Assembly: GCA_045837725.1 (NCBI GenBank)
Contig: JBEWZL010000002.1
Coordinates: forward strand, 62,001-105,848
DNA length: 43,848 nucleotides
Reading direction: 5' to 3'
Source of the DNA: Vermamoeba vermiformis
Taxonomy: Eukaryota
Under the pieces are notes generated by a model. That model saw only the letters and a list, made by a program, of their open reading frames with translations. It was not told the DNA's origin and did not search any database. This document shows, in pieces, positions 33,801 through 43,848 of this stretch (position 1 is the stretch's first letter; every line of letters begins with the position of its first letter). The position numbers and the translations under genes are program-made.

Positions 33801-36695
33801 TTCCACTCCTCTTTTCGAAGTTCATGTGCTTGTTTGTACTTCACAAAGGCTTGGTCTAGGAACTCAAATGCCTTGTCTCTGTTCTTCTCGAGCTTGCTTA
33901 ATTGGAACAAACAATTGGCCCATTTGTACAGTGACTTGAAGTCGTTTGGTTCAATTGTCACAGCCTCTTCGAACAACTCTGCCGCTTGTGTCAGCAACTT
34001 GCGATCTCCGGTAATCTGTTGAAACGTTAGTACTAGACAGGGCTTACTATGAATTAATCATACCCTGTTCATGGCCTTTAAGTACAGCGAGTAGGCGTGG
34101 TTGTGAAGTGACCGGTAATCGTTTGGTCGAACACGAATGGACTCTTGAAAGCTTTGGCCAGCAAGGTCCAACAACTGATCTTTTTCTTCTTTTGTTTCTG
34201 AGCTTAAAGCTAGACGACTGAACGCCGTGCCTTCTTCGAAGAAAATTCTGTGGATATGTTTCACGATTGCAAAAACATTCGTGACCTCGTGCAGACCAAT
34301 AAACTTTTCGCTCGTCAATACTGTCTTCCAATCACTAGTGATGCGTACAACTGCATCGGGGTGTAATTCAAATCCAGCTATAGAACAAGATTAAAATAGA
34401 TTCTAAGATGGATAAAGTTGAACTTACCTATTTTTGGCAGTCGGTCAAAAAGTGACTGCAAATATACGCACTGATGCTTTAAGTTCTTATTTTTGTCAGC
34501 CTTATCCTTGTCCCACCCAGGAAACCTGAACTCGAAGCTTTGTTTGACTTCCGTTGACCAAAATGAAAAAGATTGTAGATGCGCTGCCGAAGAGCAGGTT
34601 GAGCGTGTTCATGACAATCTCGTTGAAAGATTTGACACGTGACTTTGATGGTGCTTTAGAGTACTCGCGCATTTGTTTCCTAATATGGTGTTTGACCGCT
34701 CGTGCGACCATTTCAGTCATCAACAACTTCTTCAAATGTTCCGACTTGACGTGGTACCTGACTTGTCCCAAGTACCGCATGTTAATGCCGTTACGATGCA
34801 TATCAACGATCAATCGTTCAAACGCATCGTTGTTCGGCTCTGTCTCCGTGTTGATTTCGATCAGATTGCTGTTCGTTTTGATCAAGACCTTTTTGTTCGT
34901 GTCAAGTTTCCGTCGCTTCGCAGACTGCTGTTCCGAATCTTCACTGAAATCTTCTTGCGAGGACTCACGCGGTCGTTTTTTCGTCAAACTGGCAATGTAT
35001 GCGTCATCAAGACTTGCTGCAAACTTTGGGATAATTTCAGTTTCGAGCCGTTGAGTTGCCTAAAAAGGAGATGTCAGCACCGTCGTATGCTCTGAACAGA
35101 CTGTCATACCTCTTTAATCTCGAAGTTGTGTGCTTGCTTGTTTTCGAGATTGAAGCCCGAATAACTGTCAGGACACAATGGCACTGGATTACTTTTCACC
35201 AACTCAGGTCTCATGATACGATACAAGAAACAGCCTTGTAAGCTGATAAAAAGTCATTATAACGCTCATATTAATAAGTCATACGTGAGGTTATCGTACC
35301 CTTTCACTGGTTTTGTTGGTGGAAGAACACGTGCAGTGTCTATGGATCCGTGTTAGTGACGTAAAAAAGTTCATAAGTGCGACGTACCAACGATATAAAA
35401 TCGATCATCTTTGCCTAGATGTCCTTCTACGTCACAACAAGCGTGCAAATATGACTTGCTCGTCTTATCTTGGTTCCACACGTTCTCGCCTTTGAGGTTC
35501 AAAATCTTCGCTGCGAGTTCCATCTTTTTATTGAACTCATCGTTGTCCGTATGAATCGTTCGAGCTCCATCACACGTGCCATATATAATCGTATCTTTGC
35601 TGACAGGCAATACTGATGCTGCTAACAGCCGCCAGCCCCTGCAAAAAAAATAGGTTTATTTTTTCGTCGTGAGTTTGGCTTGTTCGACGAAATTTCATTA
35701 AAGCCGCTAATTTTTGTTTCTTAGAAATAAATGCTAGGAATTTTAACGTACTTGTAATCGATTACGACCATCAGCGGGAAGTGTAACTTTTGTATGCGAC
35801 AATCGATGTAACACATTAGCCCTTTCAATTCATGTCCTGAAGCTTTCATAAGGCCTATAATACTTATTAGTGACCATATAGTAATATAATATATGAAATC
35901 TTATTACCTTCTTCACCGCCGTAAAGATCCATTTCGTCCGTCGGAAACTTGAAAAAAATTGAGCCGTGGAAATATTTGCTGCCACCAGCCACGCCTCCAA
36001 TAAGACTAGTAATAGTATATTAGAATATATTTAAGACATTTGTATTAATATAGAACGTACCCTGTGATCGGGGGAATAGTTTTCTTGTCGGTAGGCAAAA
36101 ACAACTCTGAAATAATTGTTTTTCCGATCCGCGTCGCTTCTTCTGCGAATTCCTCGCACAGAGCGCGTAATTGTTGCACGCGTTCAACTTCTTGACGCGA
36201 GTCACTGAGTGTTTGGTCAAATAAACTCTGTTAGGTGCAAATTAAATTAGTTATTATAAAATATAGAATCAACGATAGGAATAAGATGAATAATGGTATT
36301 TAAATATAGTTTTAGAATTAATACGAATTTTGAATGTATTGATGTCGCCATAAGATCTCGATCGAATATTTATAATTGTTTTTTAAAAATTAAATGGATA
36401 GTAACGCGCAAATTATTGCTCATATGAAAATATTTCAAGTTCGTTTCGGTGTATTATTTAGCGCGACAATGAATTGAGATCCGAGTCCGAAACTATTCTT
36501 GCAATAACAGATCAAGCTTACCTGAAACTCTTCGTTCCAATTTCTATCTAATTTATCATACAAATATACATGTTCTTTTTGACTAGCGTTCTGACTGCTG
36601 CTCAGACTTTCTTGCGATTTCTTTGGCGTTAGATCAGCAAGCTTGTCTAGCTCACCTTCTTCACCTTCAATGTAGCTATATCCGTCTTTGGACAT
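30839..36695 (-). CDS. Clu (clustered-mitochondria)-domain protein fused to TPR repeats and a C-terminal AGC-like pseudokinase
   Basis: Clu motifs RNWNEEFQ, GGVAGGSKY..SIFFKF, HELKG, PLMVVIDYKGWRL, IIYGTCDG, DVEGHLGKDDRFYIVDTARVLP, MRPELV, MHRNGINMRYLG, EMVARAVK. TPR-like repeats at 33000-34250. Kinase fold FALK, RFWAAEMALAIQHLH, YLPPEIL, SDWWSFGV, HPFFKGVDW, EFMGYTF. Confidence 0.88.
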
Positions 36696-36930
36696 ATTAA
36701 TATGTATTCAATTAATTGTCCATTTAGTGCTGTTATTGTTGTAATTCGTGTTTCATTAATAAAAAAGATCAGGCGCGAAAAAACAAAGCTTGTGATTCCG
36801 TATCAATATTTTCATCGATCAGTTTACGTATAGGAATAGCACTTACCTTATTCATGAATGTTAGAAAGCAATAAGTTTTGCTTGCACTAGTGACGTCCAA
36901 GCGTAATTTATTGTTAGTTTGTGATCTACG

Positions 36931-38718
36931 ATGGACCAATCGAACACTAATGGTGTAAATAAGAACAACGGTTATCATAATCAACAATTCAATGTACAAA
37001 AACCTTCTGTTACCGCTCCTCAGCCGGTGGATCTGCTACTCGGAATCAAAAATCTAGCAGAATGCTTTGTGGGAACTTTTGAGCAGGTAAATTAATTATA
37101 TTAAATACATTAAAGCTAGTATGAGCAACATATCAAGTAATTTTTGTGACTCTTGGTCTTTTTCGAATAATGTAAATAATTATTTTAATTTTGGATCCAG
37201 AATTTCTCAACAGAGCTTTACTCGCTAAAGCTGAACGCCGATGCGACGTTCTTATTCTCCAAAATAAACAAGAATTTGCACGAGGTTATTGAATCGATAA
37301 GCGGCAAATGGGAGATCCAGCAGAAAGTTAATATTGGTACGGCACGAAAGCAGATCTGCGTTGAAATATTATAATTAACATATTACTCATATATAGACCT
37401 ATCACCTGCTCGTGTGAGTCTCAAGTCGCTTTACAGCTCCTGCTCGTTGTCATTCAAATGCGAGTCAATGACCGTAAGTCCCAGAAAAACTTACCCCAAT
37501 GAATAATTACTCATTAATTTCGCAGAAAAAAACAATCACCGAGCAATATTCTTCAACTTTTACTCGTGAAGGGCGCTTAGAATCAGCTGTTGGTGAAATC
37601 GTTATTCCGGACGTAACGTTTGGAAAACAAGTTTGGCTAAAGGGGTAAGTCATTAGCTACCATTAATGCTACTTAAGAAGCATATTATTGCTTTATTTGT
37701 ATTATCTCGACAAAATCTTTCGAACCATGAAATTTCCGTAATTATGGATCCGCATCCAGAAACAAATAAAAGCATCTAACGCTAAACCACGAGTGGCATT
37801 GCTTTAGTAAAAATACGTTATATTTAGATTTAGCATTATACAGCAAGTAGCTCAATAACTGACGAATGTATTTTTAGGATCCCCGAAAGAATTGCCTTGC
37901 AATTAGATATTATGAAAGAATCAACGCCCATGAATGTCGAATTATACGAAAATACTATACAAGAGCTTATCAGAAACTGTTCGATATCTGAAGCATTTAC
38001 CAGGCTAAAAAATCAGCTGATCCGGATCGAATACAAATTTGTTCATTTTAACAATTTGGCTGAAGATGGATTGCGGAGTATAAAAGTTATCGGAGATTTA
38101 TGGGTCAATTTATATGACCCTTCAACATATCCAGATGATTCGACCAAGTCACAAGAATACTTTGGGTTGTTGATCCACTTGTTGACCCAGATCTTGGACG
38201 GATTAAGTCGAAATTCCAATCAAAGTGATCGTTATAAAGAAGTATTAGCATCTCTAAAGGTAATATAGCGAATCAACCCAAGATCTGTTTTGCTAACAAA
38301 ATTTTTATTTTTGTAGAGTTCAATTGCAGTGTGGGAGGTTAAAGGCGGCGAAAATTCTCCGAATGAATTTAAATCACTCGTATTGCAAGCTAAGAACTAT
38401 TTGCAACAACTGATAGACGACGGATCGATGGATCTGCAAGACAATAACACGAATATCAATAACGTGCAGCCGCAGAATAACCTGAATTCAACAAATGATG
38501 GTCATAATGAATATAGCGATGTATCTGATCACGATGGCGAAGATGAGCCGATAAGTGCAGTCGATGAAACTGTAGATCCAGAAGAATATACAAAGCTATT
38601 TCAATTAGTACATGAGCAAAAGGCGTGGATTGAGACAAGAGTAACTGAAGTTCAGCAGCAAATTGAAGCAGGTACTTATCCCTATTTAAGAACGGATCTG
38701 CGGAAATACTTGAGTTAA
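36931..38718 (+). CDS. Hypothetical protein (multi-exon)
   Basis: ATG at 36931, MDQSNTNGVNKNNGYHNQQ... GT-AG-bounded exons lead into ORFs 37897-38268 and 38329-38718. No family recognised. Confidence 0.7.
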
Positions 38719-38799
38719 AAATAATAATCCTATAATGTAAATACTGTATAATATAAATGCGAGTATTTTGTAAAGCGTTTAACTTTATTATTTCGTTTT

Positions 38800-43495
<4,696 letters not shown>

Positions 43496-43848
43496 CAATT
43501 TAAAAAATGGCGCGTAATCATTTTTTTCAATAGGTCAGCTAATGTGCGACAATGCTCTAAGAAGAGGACAATAATCACGACGGTATAACTGGGTTTACAA
43601 CGGTAATGAAAGCGATTCCCGAACTTAAACCGACAAGATCGCGATCTCTAATTCCCAAATTCGCTTTCCGGGACTTCAGCCAGCTAATCCATATCAAAAG
43701 TTCTACCTGGGCATAGTATTAAACAGAATCGGAAAATAAAGCCGGCTCACCGAGTGCCCTGTTTTGGTCGGAAAGTGCACCTGAAAAGTCGGGGTTTGAA
43801 GGACACTTTCCAATTTTCGCACGGAAAATAAAAAGGAAGAAAAGGTCA

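Noticed and set aside
34554-35495. Plus-strand ORFs opposite the Clu gene
   Set aside because: Antisense shadows with no independent splice or motif support.
43496-43848. Possible gene start or ncRNA in the terminal spacer
   Set aside because: No supportable ORF, splice pattern or RNA fold; treated as TBCD upstream sequence.

Overview
Gene-dense, intron-rich eukaryotic genomic DNA in the standard genetic code. Most introns are about 45-70 nt GT-AG with GTAAGT/GTACGT donors and a CTAAC/CTAAT branch point near the acceptor. The gene content (CRT-like transporter, HRDxAARN receptor kinase, Clu-domain fusion) suggests an amoebozoan protist; this is inference. Splicing the ORF fragments by eye gives about 19 protein-coding loci and one tRNA-Ala(AGC). 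In order: the 5' end of a Cys-rich secreted/receptor gene, an RDH12-like SDR, a CRT-like transporter, a receptor tyrosine-kinase-like gene, a tandem pair of unknown genes, tRNA-Ala, an F-box gene, a decayed gene, a UBA/PARP6-8-like Cys module/RCC1/WW/ankyrin protein, two small hypothetical genes, a bromodomain-ET protein, a ZNFX1-family helicase, a tandem pair of small membrane-protein genes (one frameshifted), a TMEM14-like gene, a Clu-TPR-AGC pseudokinase fusion, a hypothetical gene and tubulin cofactor D. The most notable items are three unusual domain architectures and one intron: (1) a ZNFX1 with an N-terminal CCCH finger, two cold-shock domains and a triple FxPAW repeat; (2) an oversized, structured intron in that gene; (3) the Clu-TPR-pseudokinase; (4) a PARP6/8-type Cys module with no PARP catalytic domain. 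No mobile element, CRISPR array or rRNA was recognised. All gene models are manual, family calls rest on recalled motifs, and no database search was run.
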